From assembly GCA_015493505.1 (NCBI GenBank), contig WGDA01000065.1, forward strand, positions 1-54,960: a stretch of 54,960 nucleotides of DNA, written 5' to 3'. The position numbers and the translations under genes are program-made. Source of the DNA: Pseudomonadota bacterium. GTDB taxonomy: Bacteria > Desulfobacterota > S145-22. The stretch's first letter is position 1. Each line of letters starts with the position of its first letter. This document shows, in pieces, positions 1 to 9,497 of this stretch. Below the pieces are notes generated by a model that saw only the letters and a program-made list of their open reading frames with translations, did no database searches and had not been told where the DNA came from.

Positions 1-163
1 CGCCGACGGCCCGCGAAACTTTCGCGTCCTTGATGTTCTTGGCAACCACGGGAGTCAAAATCGCCGCCAGAATGGCAATGGCGGCGATTACGACAATAAC
101 CTCAATCAGGGTAAAACCATCCCTGAAAAGCGTGAAATAAGGTTTTTGAACTGCCTTTTTCAC
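1..163 (-). CDS. Prepilin-type (GspG/type IV pilin-like) protein, N-terminal part only (runs off window edge)
   Basis: Not in ORF track. Read manually from GTG at 163: MKKAVQKPYFTLFRDG|FTLIEVIVVIAAIAILAAILTPVVAKNIKDAKVSRAVG. Class III signal G|FTLIE; in-frame TGA at 199-197 bounds the start. Confidence 0.85.
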   Translation of the reverse strand, partial: MKKAVQKPYFTLFRDGFTLIEVIVVIAAIAILAAILTPVVAKNIKDAKVSRAVG

Positions 164-218
164 GGAATACCCTGTGGCCTTTCGGTATTCAAGGGTTCAA
201 GGGACAGTTCCATGAGGC

Positions 219-878
219 TTACTTCCTCACGCAGATTCGGAACCCGATGTCGTCCCCCTGAATTTCCTCTTCAGAGGTGGCGTCAGCGAATGGGGTGGAC
301 CACAGATGATCCGGCCCCGCGGAGAGGACGTATACATGGTGTCTGTTAGCTCCCCCAAGGGTATTGCCAGGGAAGTACCGGGCGTTGACGACGTATGACC
401 GACCCCAGGGGTCGTCGAGCAGCTTGTGGTCGATATAGGGGCCATTCCATTTAAACTCACCAGTTGTCGGGTAATCCTGATGTAATTGGTTTTGTCCATT
501 TTCACCAGTGTCATCATCCGGGTTATTGTAATAAAGGTAATCGTACATTGGTTTCTGTGGCCCAAGGGTTCCCCAATTGGTGGCTCCGTTTCCCGCGCCT
601 GTCCCGGCACCGACCGGGACAGTATTGGTGTCCCCAAGGATTCGACTGACGTGTCCGGCTGGTCCATTGGTATTGGTATAAGGCCACCAGCCGGTATCCT
701 TGTGGAGGTCGGCGATGGCCGCGCCAATGACAAGGGTTTCATTTTTTGTGCGGGATATCCGCGAGTCCTGAATCTGTTTCGCGATGGTGGGGGTGAGGAT
801 TGCCGCGAGGATTGCCACCACGGCAATCACTACAATGACCTCGATGAGGGTAAAACCTGCGTTTCTTTTGGTTCTCAT
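219..878 (-). CDS. Type II secretion GspG-like major pseudopilin / pilin
   Basis: G|FTLIEVIVVIA prepilin motif; C-terminal DDPWGRSY and SAGPD...GDDI motifs typical of the T2SS-G domain; GGAGG RBS. Confidence 0.88.
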   Translation of the reverse strand: MRTKRNAGFTLIEVIVVIAVVAILAAILTPTIAKQIQDSRISRTKNETLVIGAAIADLHKDTGWWPYTNTNGPAGHVSRILGDTNTVPVGAGTGAGNGATNWGTLGPQKPMYDYLYYNNPDDDTGENGQNQLHQDYPTTGEFKWNGPYIDHKLLDDPWGRSYVVNARYFPGNTLGGANRHHVYVLSAGPDHLWSTPFADATSEEEIQGDDIGFRICVRK

Positions 879-895
879 TTTGCCTCCTTTGCCTC

Positions 896-1525
896 CTATC
901 TTAATCTCATGGCGATGTCATCATCGCCCACCGTGACCGTGCCGGTCACGTCCTGGTCAAACTGCGTGTCCGCCTGCCTGTCCGGGCCGGCCGACCAGAC
1001 AAAAACAGCATAAGGATTGCCGGCTGTGGAGGGGGTGTAATAGAGGTAACGCACGTTACAGGCATAATAACTTCCCCACGGGTCAGCTTTAACTTCTGTT
1101 AAATAAGGACCATGCCATTTGTATTCACCTGTTGTGACATATCCTGTGCCGCTCCCCTTTGGATTGTTGCTTATTAACTGATTCGAAAAAAGGTCTCCTC
1201 GCCCATTCCCATCGTTGTAGCTCCTCCACCAGTAAGAATGTGCCACAGAATGGTCATAATTTGTTGGCATGTTCCCAGGGCCGTTCAACATATATAAATA
1301 ATCGGCATAATTCGCGGCGGAACCATTCCAGGTCGGCCACCGCCCCAGGTCCTTGTAAAAGGACGTCATGGCGGCGCCGATGACCTGGACCTCATTCTTG
1401 GCGCGGCTGATCTTTGCATCATCGATATTTTTGACCACGGTTGGGGTCAAAATTGCGGCAAGAATTGCCACCACGGCGATGACGACAATGACTTCAATTA
1501 AGGTAAAACCTCCTTCTCTTTTCAT
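896..1525 (-). CDS. Type II secretion GspG-like major pseudopilin / pilin
   Basis: Start reassigned to ATG 1525 (AAGGAGG RBS): MKREGG|FTLIE; DPWGSYY and SAGPD...GDDDI motifs. Confidence 0.88.
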   Translation of the reverse strand: MKREGGFTLIEVIVVIAVVAILAAILTPTVVKNIDDAKISRAKNEVQVIGAAMTSFYKDLGRWPTWNGSAANYADYLYMLNGPGNMPTNYDHSVAHSYWWRSYNDGNGRGDLFSNQLISNNPKGSGTGYVTTGEYKWHGPYLTEVKADPWGSYYACNVRYLYYTPSTAGNPYAVFVWSAGPDRQADTQFDQDVTGTVTVGDDDIAMRLR

Positions 1526-1564
1526 GAGATACCTCCTTCTATTTTTTTTTCTGTTGATAAAAGA

Positions 1565-1581
1565 AGCAAATATTATGCCGA
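1565..1581 (-). promoter_or_regulatory. Sigma54 (-24/-12) promoter of the pilin array
   Basis: Minus strand TCGGCATAATATTTGCT = GG-N10-GC, about 40 nt upstream of the ATG at 1525; pilin genes are commonly sigma54-dependent. Confidence 0.65.
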
Positions 1582-1933
1582 TATATGATTTTTTGCCAGG
1601 AGGGTTGCCGAAAACAGGTGGGAGGCTAATCAGATTCATTAGGGTTTTATCGGCCTGGCGGCTCCCTGAGATTCCGATGAAACTGGCAGGTTGGAAGGGG
1701 GCGGAGGGGCGGAAAATTGACGGTTCCGTAAAAAGCGGAGGGAATGGTTCCCCTCAATTATGTAGGGGGGGCTTCAATGTTTGTAGACTTATTTGAGGTA
1801 TCCATTCACAATTGAACGGTATCCTATTCGCTCACAATCTTTTTTCGAATTTGGAAGGTGATATGTCTTTTTAAAAAGAACGATGGGGCGTTAAAGAAGA
1901 AGGGTTCTTTCTAACGAAACCCATCAAACAAAA

Positions 1934-2899
1934 TCACAGCGGGACTTTGATTTCCGTGAAAAGGCCGCTTCTGTTTTGGATGATGGTGTTGCCACCCAGC
2001 TCCTTGGCTTTGTACAGCGCCTGGTCCGCCATGTGAATGACGTCTTCGGGATCCGAAATCTTCACGTCCGGGCAACTGGCGATGCCCAGGCTCACCGAGA
2101 CATGGATGTTGAGTGATGGCTTGTTCCGGGGAGTAAAAGTGAGAGACCGGATGTCTCTCATGATTCTTTTCACGATTTTTTCTACTTTATCGGCGGGGAT
2201 CTCCGGCAGGAGCAGGCCAAACTCTTCCCCCCCATAACGGCCCACGATGTCCGTATTCCTCCTTCCTGACACTAAGGTGTTTGAAAGGACTATGAGCACC
2301 TGGTCACCCGTGATATGCCCGTAGCGGTCGTTGATCTGTTTGAAATGATCGATGTCGAGCATGATAAAAGAAAAGGGGCGGTTGAAGCGCGTCAACAGGT
2401 TGAAAGATCGTTCTATTTGCTCGATGAGGTACCGATGGTTATACAGGCCGGTCAGGCTGTCGGTCACGGACAGTTTCTGGAGCCTTTCGTTCTTTTCCTG
2501 AAGGTCTTGATAGATGTCTTTTTTTGTCAGGGCGCTTTGCACCCGCGCGTCCAGCTCAATATAGGAAAAAGGTTTACGCATGTAATCGAACGCGCCGGCG
2601 TTCAGGGCGTTCGCGATGGCTTCCGGTGTATCTGCTTCACAGAGAAAGATAAAGGGGACTTCCCGATTTTCGAAAATTCTTTTCAGCTTCCGCATGAAAT
2701 CAATACTTGATTTGCCCTCACCATTTGGAGTCAGGATGATGAGGTCGGGAACCTCGCGCCGGGCCAGGGTGAAAGCCTCTCTCTGTGTGTAAATGTGGGT
2801 CGCGATATGCCCCAGGGATTTGAAGTGGTTGGCAAGCTCCATCCCTTCGAAGGAGTCTCCGCTGATAATCCAAATGGTTCTTGATCGTTGCATCAGCAT
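1934..2899 (-). CDS. Diguanylate cyclase with atypical receiver domain (REC-GGDEF)
   Basis: DSLTGLYN, DIDHFKQIND, RYGGEEF and RxxD I-site (RNTD); N-terminal REC-like fold (GAFDYMRKPF). Confidence 0.9.
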   Translation of the reverse strand: MLMQRSRTIWIISGDSFEGMELANHFKSLGHIATHIYTQREAFTLARREVPDLIILTPNGEGKSSIDFMRKLKRIFENREVPFIFLCEADTPEAIANALNAGAFDYMRKPFSYIELDARVQSALTKKDIYQDLQEKNERLQKLSVTDSLTGLYNHRYLIEQIERSFNLLTRFNRPFSFIMLDIDHFKQINDRYGHITGDQVLIVLSNTLVSGRRNTDIVGRYGGEEFGLLLPEIPADKVEKIVKRIMRDIRSLTFTPRNKPSLNIHVSVSLGIASCPDVKISDPEDVIHMADQALYKAKELGGNTIIQNRSGLFTEIKVPL

Positions 2900-3150
2900 C
2901 GTTTTTAATCTTTACCAATGAAATTAAGATATTGTCAAGTAAAGAACCGTGCTTGCTTCTTCTGTAACCCGGCTTTTCGTCATCATATGGTCTTTGTGCC
3001 GTTAAATTTAGCAAACCGGGGTGGCGAAACTGGCATAAGATGTCTCACGTGAATAATCTGAATAATTATTTCAGGGTAGTTTGATATTGTGAGCGTCGTT
3101 TCTCATGTGCAAAGTTGATAAAAAAATTTTTAATCCCATGCAAAATCAGG

Positions 3151-3179
3151 TTGTCAGCGAAAAATTTTTGTGTTAAGAG
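3151..3179 (+). promoter_or_regulatory. Possible sigma70 promoter of the ABC transporter operon
   Basis: TTGTCA-N17-TAAGAG with extended -10 TG; AAAAATTTTT palindromes at 3122 and 3160. Confidence 0.35.
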
Positions 3180-3283
3180 GTCTTAAAAGTGAAAAAGAGC
3201 CTTGAAGGGAGGTGATGGGGGGTTTTAGGTCATTGTTCGTCGTTGGTTGTTTCATGAAATCACAATAAGTGGAGGATGGAAGT

Positions 3284-4501
3284 ATGAAAGCAGGAAGCAA
3301 GATTCTAAAGGGATTGCTGGTCATGGGCCTGGTCATTGGTCTGGTCATCAGCCTCAATTCAGGCGCGTATTCCAAAGATGTCATCAAGATTGGATGCGCC
3401 ATGTCGTTTACCGGTAAAAAGAGCCGGACGGGCAAGCTTTATGTGGATTCACTGAAACTCGCGGAGGCGACCATCAATAAAGCAGGCGGAATCAAGGTTG
3501 GTGGAAAGGCCTATCTCGTAAAAATCAAGTTTTACGATGATAAAAGTAATGCGGCGGAAAGCGCAAAACTGATTGAAAAGCTGATCACGGAAGACAAGGT
3601 CAATTTCCTTTTGGGACCCTATTCAAGCGGGATTACTATTCCGGATAGCATCGTGGCGCAGCGTTACAGGATCCCCATGGTGGAGGGTGGGGGAGCTTCC
3701 GGGAAGATTTTCAGCCGGCACAACCCCTACATCTTCGGCACCCTTCCCGCCGCGGGCCAGTATTTCAGAACGACCCTGGAGATGCTCGCCGGTTTTAAGC
3801 CGAAGCCCAAGAAGATTGCCATTATTTATGGTGACGACAAGTTTGATATCAGTGTGGCCAAGGGAGCCAAAAAAATCGCGGAAGGCCTGGGGCTGAAGGT
3901 TGTCCTCTACGAAAAAATATCTGAAAGCTCCGCCGACTTCAACACGATTCTGACGAAGGTCAAGTCCCTCGCGCCGGATGCCCTCCTGATGGCGGGCCAC
4001 ACGGAAGGCGGGATCAACCTGATTCAGCAGGCGAAGGAGCTGAACGTCAATCTCAAGATGATTTCCCTGACGGTTGGCCCCTCTGAGGCGGATTTCAGGA
4101 AATCTCTCGGCAAGAACGCCAATTACATCTTTGGCGTGGCGAGCTGGTCTCCCCAGATGAATTATAAGGGATACCTCTTCAAGAACACGCAGGAATTCGT
4201 GAAGATTTTCAAGGCCAAATATGGGTATGACCCTGATTATCACAACGCGTCCGCCATCGCCGAGATGGCCGTCCTGAAAAACGCCATTGAAAGAGCCGGA
4301 ACGCTCAATCCCCAGAAGGTCCGGGATGCTATCGCGAAGACAGACCTGATGACGATTTACGGGCCCGTCAAATTCAATCCCAACGGGCAGATCAAGGGCA
4401 GCAGTGTCGTTCTGCAGATTCAGGGTGGACAGGTTTATCAGGTTTACCCCAACGGGACCAAGAAGCCGATCTATCCCATGCCCGCCTGGAAAGACAGATA
4501 G
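3284..4501 (+). CDS. livK: Branched-chain amino acid (HAAT) ABC transporter substrate-binding protein
   Basis: Signal peptide, YDDKSN, FLLGPYSS motifs; GGAGG 8 nt before ATG 3284; heads the liv operon. Actual substrate unknown. Confidence 0.85.
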   Translation: MKAGSKILKGLLVMGLVIGLVISLNSGAYSKDVIKIGCAMSFTGKKSRTGKLYVDSLKLAEATINKAGGIKVGGKAYLVKIKFYDDKSNAAESAKLIEKLITEDKVNFLLGPYSSGITIPDSIVAQRYRIPMVEGGGASGKIFSRHNPYIFGTLPAAGQYFRTTLEMLAGFKPKPKKIAIIYGDDKFDISVAKGAKKIAEGLGLKVVLYEKISESSADFNTILTKVKSLAPDALLMAGHTEGGINLIQQAKELNVNLKMISLTVGPSEADFRKSLGKNANYIFGVASWSPQMNYKGYLFKNTQEFVKIFKAKYGYDPDYHNASAIAEMAVLKNAIERAGTLNPQKVRDAIAKTDLMTIYGPVKFNPNGQIKGSSVVLQIQGGQVYQVYPNGTKKPIYPMPAWKDR

Positions 4502-4516
4502 AAACAACCTGTACGC

Positions 4517-4553
4517 AATCGAGGGGCAAAGCATCCCGCTTTACCCCTCGATT
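4517..4553 (+). terminator. Intercistronic stem-loop (partial terminator / mRNA stabiliser)
   Basis: AATCGAGGGGCAAAGC...GCTTTACCCCTCGATT near-perfect inverted repeat followed by a T-rich run, between binding protein and permease genes. Confidence 0.7.
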
Positions 4554-4574
4554 GATTTTATGATATAGGGGCTC

Positions 4575-5435
4575 TTGATGCTTCTACAAATAATTATCAA
4601 TGGGATTTTAAAGGGGGGGCTATACGCCCTGATGGCCCTGGGGATGTCGCTGATATGGGGCGTGATGGATATCATCAATATTGCCCACGGGGCGTTTATC
4701 ATGCTTGGGGCGTATTGCACCTACTGGTTTTTTTCGCTTCTGGGTATAGACCCCTTCATCAGTCTCTTTTTATCTGTTGCGATACTTTTTGTTATTGGGT
4801 ACGCCATTCAGCGCTATCTGATTAACCTGGTTATCCGTGCCACGATTTTCATTACCCTGATCCTCGCCTTTGGAATCGAGATATTCATCAGCAACCTGGC
4901 TCTGGTAATGTGGAGCGCGAATGTTCGAATGGTTCAGGTACCTTATGGCGCCTCGAATTTCAGCATCGGAAGCGTTACGATTCCTTACGCGCGGCTGGGC
5001 GCCTTTATTATCGCTTTGATTATTGCAGGCATTTTCTATTATATCTTGAACAAGACCCGCCTGGGGCGTTCTATTCGGGCCACGTCTCAGGACCTTGACG
5101 CCGCCCGCCTTGTGGGCGTGGATGTGGCCAAGACCTATTCCTTTACCTTTGGGCTGGGGGTAGGCGCGGCGGGCGCGGCGGGAACCCTGTGGGCGGTCTT
5201 ATTCCCCATCAATCCCATGATGGGCGGGGTGCTGACACTCAAATCCTTTGTCGTTGTCATTCTGGGGGGGTTGGGTACCATGTTTGGCCCCATCGTGGGA
5301 GGATTGACCCTGGGGGTTGCGGAAGCCCTGGGGACGAACTGGTTCGGAGCTACATACGAGAACCTTATCAGCTTTACGATTCTGGTTCTGGTCTTGATAT
5401 TTCTACCCAAAGGAATCTTGGGGAAAAGTGAGTAA
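4575..5435 (+). CDS. livH: HAAT ABC transporter permease LivH
   Basis: GGLYALMALGMSLIWG, NIAHGAF, TRLGRSIRATSQD motifs; hydrophobic. Confidence 0.92.
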   Translation: MMLLQIIINGILKGGLYALMALGMSLIWGVMDIINIAHGAFIMLGAYCTYWFFSLLGIDPFISLFLSVAILFVIGYAIQRYLINLVIRATIFITLILAFGIEIFISNLALVMWSANVRMVQVPYGASNFSIGSVTIPYARLGAFIIALIIAGIFYYILNKTRLGRSIRATSQDLDAARLVGVDVAKTYSFTFGLGVGAAGAAGTLWAVLFPINPMMGGVLTLKSFVVVILGGLGTMFGPIVGGLTLGVAEALGTNWFGATYENLISFTILVLVLIFLPKGILGKSE

Positions 5436-6414
5436 GCGTATGACTGAGAGGGGAGCCGTTACCAAGAAAGTTATTTTAGGCATTCTGATCATTGCCGGCG
5501 TTGCCATTCCCTTTTTGACGGGGAATTTCATTATCCGGTTTTTTACCGACACCCTGATGTTTGCCATCCTGGCAAGTTCCTGGAATATCATAGGGGGATA
5601 CACGGGGTATGCCTCTTTCGGCAATGTGGTCTTTCTCGGAATTGGCGCGTATGTGTCAGCCGTGCTGATGCAGAAGGGCGGGGTTCCTTTCTGGATCGCC
5701 TTCCCCGCCTCGGGCCTGGGGGCTGCCATTTTTGCCATCCTGATCGGGATGCCGGTTTTAAGACTGAAGGGGCACTACTTTGCCATCGCGACCCTTGGGG
5801 TGGCGGAAGCCATGAAGGCGCTGGTGGATAACCTCGACATCACGGAGGGAAATTCCGGGATATATCTCCCCATGATGAAGCTTTCCGTCAAGGGGCAATA
5901 CCTCTTTTTCTATTTTATGATGATGGGGGTGCTGGTCCTCACGTTTCTTGTAACCGCCTTCATCCTGAAGAAAAAACTGGGATATGGGCTGATTGCCATC
6001 CGCGAAGACGAAGAGGCCGCCGGGTCCCTGGGAGTGAACACCACCCTGTACAAGATTACCTCCTTCGCGCTGAGCGGTTTCTTCTCTGGCCTGGCGGGGA
6101 GCCTGTACGCCTATCAGCAGGGGTTTATCAAACCGGACGCGGTGTTCGACGTGGGGGTAACCGTCAAAATGATTGTAATGGCTGTGTTCGGCGGGATAGG
6201 AAGCATTCTTGGTCCCCTCCTGGGCGCGTTGAGCATCGAAGTCATTTCCGAGGTTCTGACAAACTATTTTCTTGTCGCGCACACCCTGTTTTTTGGGGCG
6301 ATTGTGATCCTGGCCATTGTGTTTACCCCTAAAGGGATTATGGACATCATCAGCGGTCGCAGGAAATTTGGGATTAACTATCTCTTACAAAACATCCGGG
6401 ATCACAGGATATAG
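5428..6414 (+). CDS. livM: HAAT ABC transporter permease LivM
   Basis: [37 protein letters not shown] motifs. Confidence 0.92.
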   Translation: MSKRMTERGAVTKKVILGILIIAGVAIPFLTGNFIIRFFTDTLMFAILASSWNIIGGYTGYASFGNVVFLGIGAYVSAVLMQKGGVPFWIAFPASGLGAAIFAILIGMPVLRLKGHYFAIATLGVAEAMKALVDNLDITEGNSGIYLPMMKLSVKGQYLFFYFMMMGVLVLTFLVTAFILKKKLGYGLIAIREDEEAAGSLGVNTTLYKITSFALSGFFSGLAGSLYAYQQGFIKPDAVFDVGVTVKMIVMAVFGGIGSILGPLLGALSIEVISEVLTNYFLVAHTLFFGAIVILAIVFTPKGIMDIISGRRKFGINYLLQNIRDHRI

Positions 6415-6420
6415 GGGTAT

Positions 6421-7170
6421 TTGGGCATGGTGATTTTGGAAGGACGGGGGATAACGAAGGAATTTGGCGGACTCAGAGCCGTCAGCGAGGTGGACTTCAC
6501 ACTGAACCAGGGGGAAATCCTGGGGCTGATTGGTCCTAACGGCGCGGGAAAGACCACCATCATTAACATGATCTCCGGGACCTACCCCCCCACCAGCGGG
6601 CGGGTGATTTTCAAAGGAGAGGATATTACGGGAAAAAAACCTTATAAGATTGGGCGGATGGGGATCAGCCGCACCTATCAGATTGTCAAACCCTTTCCCG
6701 GAATGACCGTCCGGGAAAATGTCTCGGTGGGGGCGATGTTTGGTGCCCGGGGAAAAGAGCTGAGCGCAAAAGAGGCGATTCAGAGGGCGGATGAAACGCT
6801 GGAGTTCGTGGGGCTCAGCGAGATGGCGGATCGCCGGGCGGATGACTTGAATGTGGCGTCGCGAAAGCGTCTGGAGATGGCAAAGGCTCTCGCTATGGGG
6901 CCGGAGGTTATCCTTTTCGATGAGGTGATGGCAGGCCTGAATTTTTCCGAGATTGACAAGGCGGTGGAGCTGATTCTGAAGGTTCGCGACAAAGGGATCA
7001 GCATCCTTGTCATCGAGCATGTCATGCGGGCCATCAAGAATGTGTGTGACCGGGTTTTTGTCCTGCATCACGGAACTAAGATCGCGGAAGGAACCGTGGA
7101 TGAGGTCCTGAGCAACGATGAGGTGATCAAGGCTTACCTGGGCCGACGTTACAAGGAACTGGTGCAGTAG
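6421..7170 (+). CDS. livG: HAAT ABC transporter ATP-binding protein LivG
   Basis: FGGLRAV, Walker [18 protein letters not shown]; ATG at 6427 is an alternative start. Confidence 0.93.
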   Translation: MGMVILEGRGITKEFGGLRAVSEVDFTLNQGEILGLIGPNGAGKTTIINMISGTYPPTSGRVIFKGEDITGKKPYKIGRMGISRTYQIVKPFPGMTVRENVSVGAMFGARGKELSAKEAIQRADETLEFVGLSEMADRRADDLNVASRKRLEMAKALAMGPEVILFDEVMAGLNFSEIDKAVELILKVRDKGISILVIEHVMRAIKNVCDRVFVLHHGTKIAEGTVDEVLSNDEVIKAYLGRRYKELVQ

Positions 7171-7178
7171 GAGGACGC

Positions 7179-7886
7179 ATGTTTCTGGAAGTTAGGAACC
7201 TGAATGTCGCGTATGGGGACGTGCAGGTTCTTTGGGATATCAGCTTTAAGGTCGACAAGGGGATGATAGTTTCTCTCGTGGGGGCGAATGGCGCCGGGAA
7301 GAGCACACTTTTGAAGACCATTTCCGGGCTGCTTAGGCCCATGAGCGGAGAGATACTCTTCAGGGACCAGTCACTCAACAGCCTTACGCCAAAGGAAATC
7401 GTCGGGCTGGGGATCATCCATGTGCCGGAAGGACGGCGGCTGTTTCCTGAGATGACCGTGGAAGAGAATCTTCTGATGGGCGCCTTCAGGCGGGGAAAGG
7501 ATCCGGGTATTCAGAAAGACCTGGACCGGGTTTACGGCCTGTTCCCGCGTTTAAAAGAACGACGTAAGCAGAAAGCGGGCAGCATGTCGGGCGGAGAGCA
7601 GCAGATGTGCGCCATGGCAAGAGGGCTGATGGGAAACCCGGAACTGTTGCTGGTGGATGAAATGTCCCTTGGACTTGCCCCCTTGATTGTGGATGACCTG
7701 ATTGATATCGTAAAAGAGATTCATCAGCAGGGAACCACGGTTTTTATTGTGGAGCAGGATGTGCACCTGGCCCTGGCAAACTCCGATTACGGGTATGTCC
7801 TGGCGACGGGGCACATCATGATGGAAGGCCCCTCAAGGGAGCTGATGGCGAACAAGGAGATTAAGGAGGTCTTCCTGGGGATTTGA
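7179..7886 (+). CDS. livF: HAAT ABC transporter ATP-binding protein LivF
   Basis: GANGAGKS, HVPEGRRLF, MSGGEQQM, LVDEMSLGLAP. Confidence 0.94.
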   Translation: MFLEVRNLNVAYGDVQVLWDISFKVDKGMIVSLVGANGAGKSTLLKTISGLLRPMSGEILFRDQSLNSLTPKEIVGLGIIHVPEGRRLFPEMTVEENLLMGAFRRGKDPGIQKDLDRVYGLFPRLKERRKQKAGSMSGGEQQMCAMARGLMGNPELLLVDEMSLGLAPLIVDDLIDIVKEIHQQGTTVFIVEQDVHLALANSDYGYVLATGHIMMEGPSRELMANKEIKEVFLGI

Positions 7887-7887
7887 T

Positions 7888-9366
7888 ATGGTCGGATGGA
7901 TCTTAGTTGGTTTCGTGGGAGGGGGGATTATCGCCGCCCTCTTTTTTTATCTTGTCTGGGGGAAACGTGACCGCTTTCGGGTTGCCACGCTGGAATCAGA
8001 CCTGAAGCGCCTGTCCCAGCAGGCGCAACAGGCGTCCGAAGAGGCAAGGGAAAACAGAGCGAAGCTCTTGGAGGTTTCACAGGAAAAGGCCGCGGCGGTT
8101 CAGAAGGCGATGGAAGTCCCCGCCCTGAAGGAAAAGATTCAGTCCCTCGAAGAGGAAAAGGCCGCCGCGTTACGGGAACTCGCCGACCTTCGCGCGCGTC
8201 ATTCCGCGCTGGAGGCGAAAATCCAGGAGGAGCAGAAGGCCTGGGAAGAGAAATTCGCGCTCCTGAAAGAGGCGGAGAAAAAACTGGGGGACGCCTTTGA
8301 GGCCCTTTCCGCCAAGGTTTTGAGGGCCAGCCAGCAGGATTTCCTGCGGGAAGCGGCCGTGACCCTGGAAAAATTTCACCAGAAGGCCACGGGGGAGTTG
8401 GAAAAGCGCAAACAGGCGGTGGGGGAGCTGGTTCACCCCATTCAGGAGATGCTTAAAAGGTATGAGTCCCAGATCCAGGAGATGGAAAAGGCCCGGCAAG
8501 AAGCGTATGGCGGGCTGAAGGCACAGGTCCAGTCCCTGCTGGTGAGCCAGCAGAGGCTCCAGGCCGAGACGGGGAATCTTGTTAAAGCGCTCAGAACCCC
8601 GCAGGTTCGCGGCCGGTGGGGGGAGATCACCCTCAGGCGCGTGGCGGAACTGGCTGGAATGGTCGATCACTGCGATTTTTATGAGCAGGAAAACAAATCG
8701 ACCTCGGAGGGTCGCCTGCGTCCCGACATGATTGTCCGGCTGCCTGGTGGCAAACAGATCGTGGTGGACGCGAAGGTCCCCCTGATGGCGTTCCTCGAGG
8801 CCATGGAATGTGAGAGTGAGGCGGAACGGAAGACCCATTTGAAGGAACACGCGCGGCATGTGCAGAATCATATCATGCAGCTCGCCAATAAAGCCTACTG
8901 GGACCAGTTTACCCCAACACCGGAATTTGTCGTCCTCTTTATCCCCGGTGAAAATTTCTTCAGCGCCGCGCTGGAGCAGAACCCGGACCTGATCGAGGAG
9001 GGAGTCCGGAAGGGGGTTATCCTGGCGACGCCGACCACCCTGATTTCCCTTCTCAAGGCGGTCTCCTATGGGTGGCGGCAAGAGAAGATGGCCGAAAACG
9101 CGCAGGCCATCAGCGACCTTGCCCGGGTTTTGCATGAACGGATCGTAACCTTTACCAATCACGTGAATGACCTGGGGAAACATCTGGGACAGAGCGTTCA
9201 GTCCTACAATCGGGCGGTGGGCTCCCTCGAGAGCCGGGTGCTGCCCGCGGCGAGGCGGTTCAAGGAGATGGGCGTATCATCCAAAAGTTCCCTGAAGGAA
9301 ACGACAAAAATTGAATTGGTACCCCGTGTACCGCAGATAGAGGAAACCTCGAAAGAAAACGGGTAA
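7888..9366 (+). CDS. rmuC: DNA recombination protein RmuC
   Basis: N-terminal TM helix, coiled coil, RGRWGE, LRPDMIVRLP, VDAKVP, FVVLFIPGE, LATPTTL. Confidence 0.93.
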   Translation: MVGWILVGFVGGGIIAALFFYLVWGKRDRFRVATLESDLKRLSQQAQQASEEARENRAKLLEVSQEKAAAVQKAMEVPALKEKIQSLEEEKAAALRELADLRARHSALEAKIQEEQKAWEEKFALLKEAEKKLGDAFEALSAKVLRASQQDFLREAAVTLEKFHQKATGELEKRKQAVGELVHPIQEMLKRYESQIQEMEKARQEAYGGLKAQVQSLLVSQQRLQAETGNLVKALRTPQVRGRWGEITLRRVAELAGMVDHCDFYEQENKSTSEGRLRPDMIVRLPGGKQIVVDAKVPLMAFLEAMECESEAERKTHLKEHARHVQNHIMQLANKAYWDQFTPTPEFVVLFIPGENFFSAALEQNPDLIEEGVRKGVILATPTTLISLLKAVSYGWRQEKMAENAQAISDLARVLHERIVTFTNHVNDLGKHLGQSVQSYNRAVGSLESRVLPAARRFKEMGVSSKSSLKETTKIELVPRVPQIEETSKENG

Positions 9367-9497
9367 GCCCCCGACCTTTCAGCCGGCGCTTCCTTTGATG
9401 CCCCATCGATTCGATGTTGATTTCAGACCCCGCGACCGATAAAATGTGCCAAAAGGCGTGACACCATCCGAGAAAAAAAAGGGAAGAGAGGCCTATC

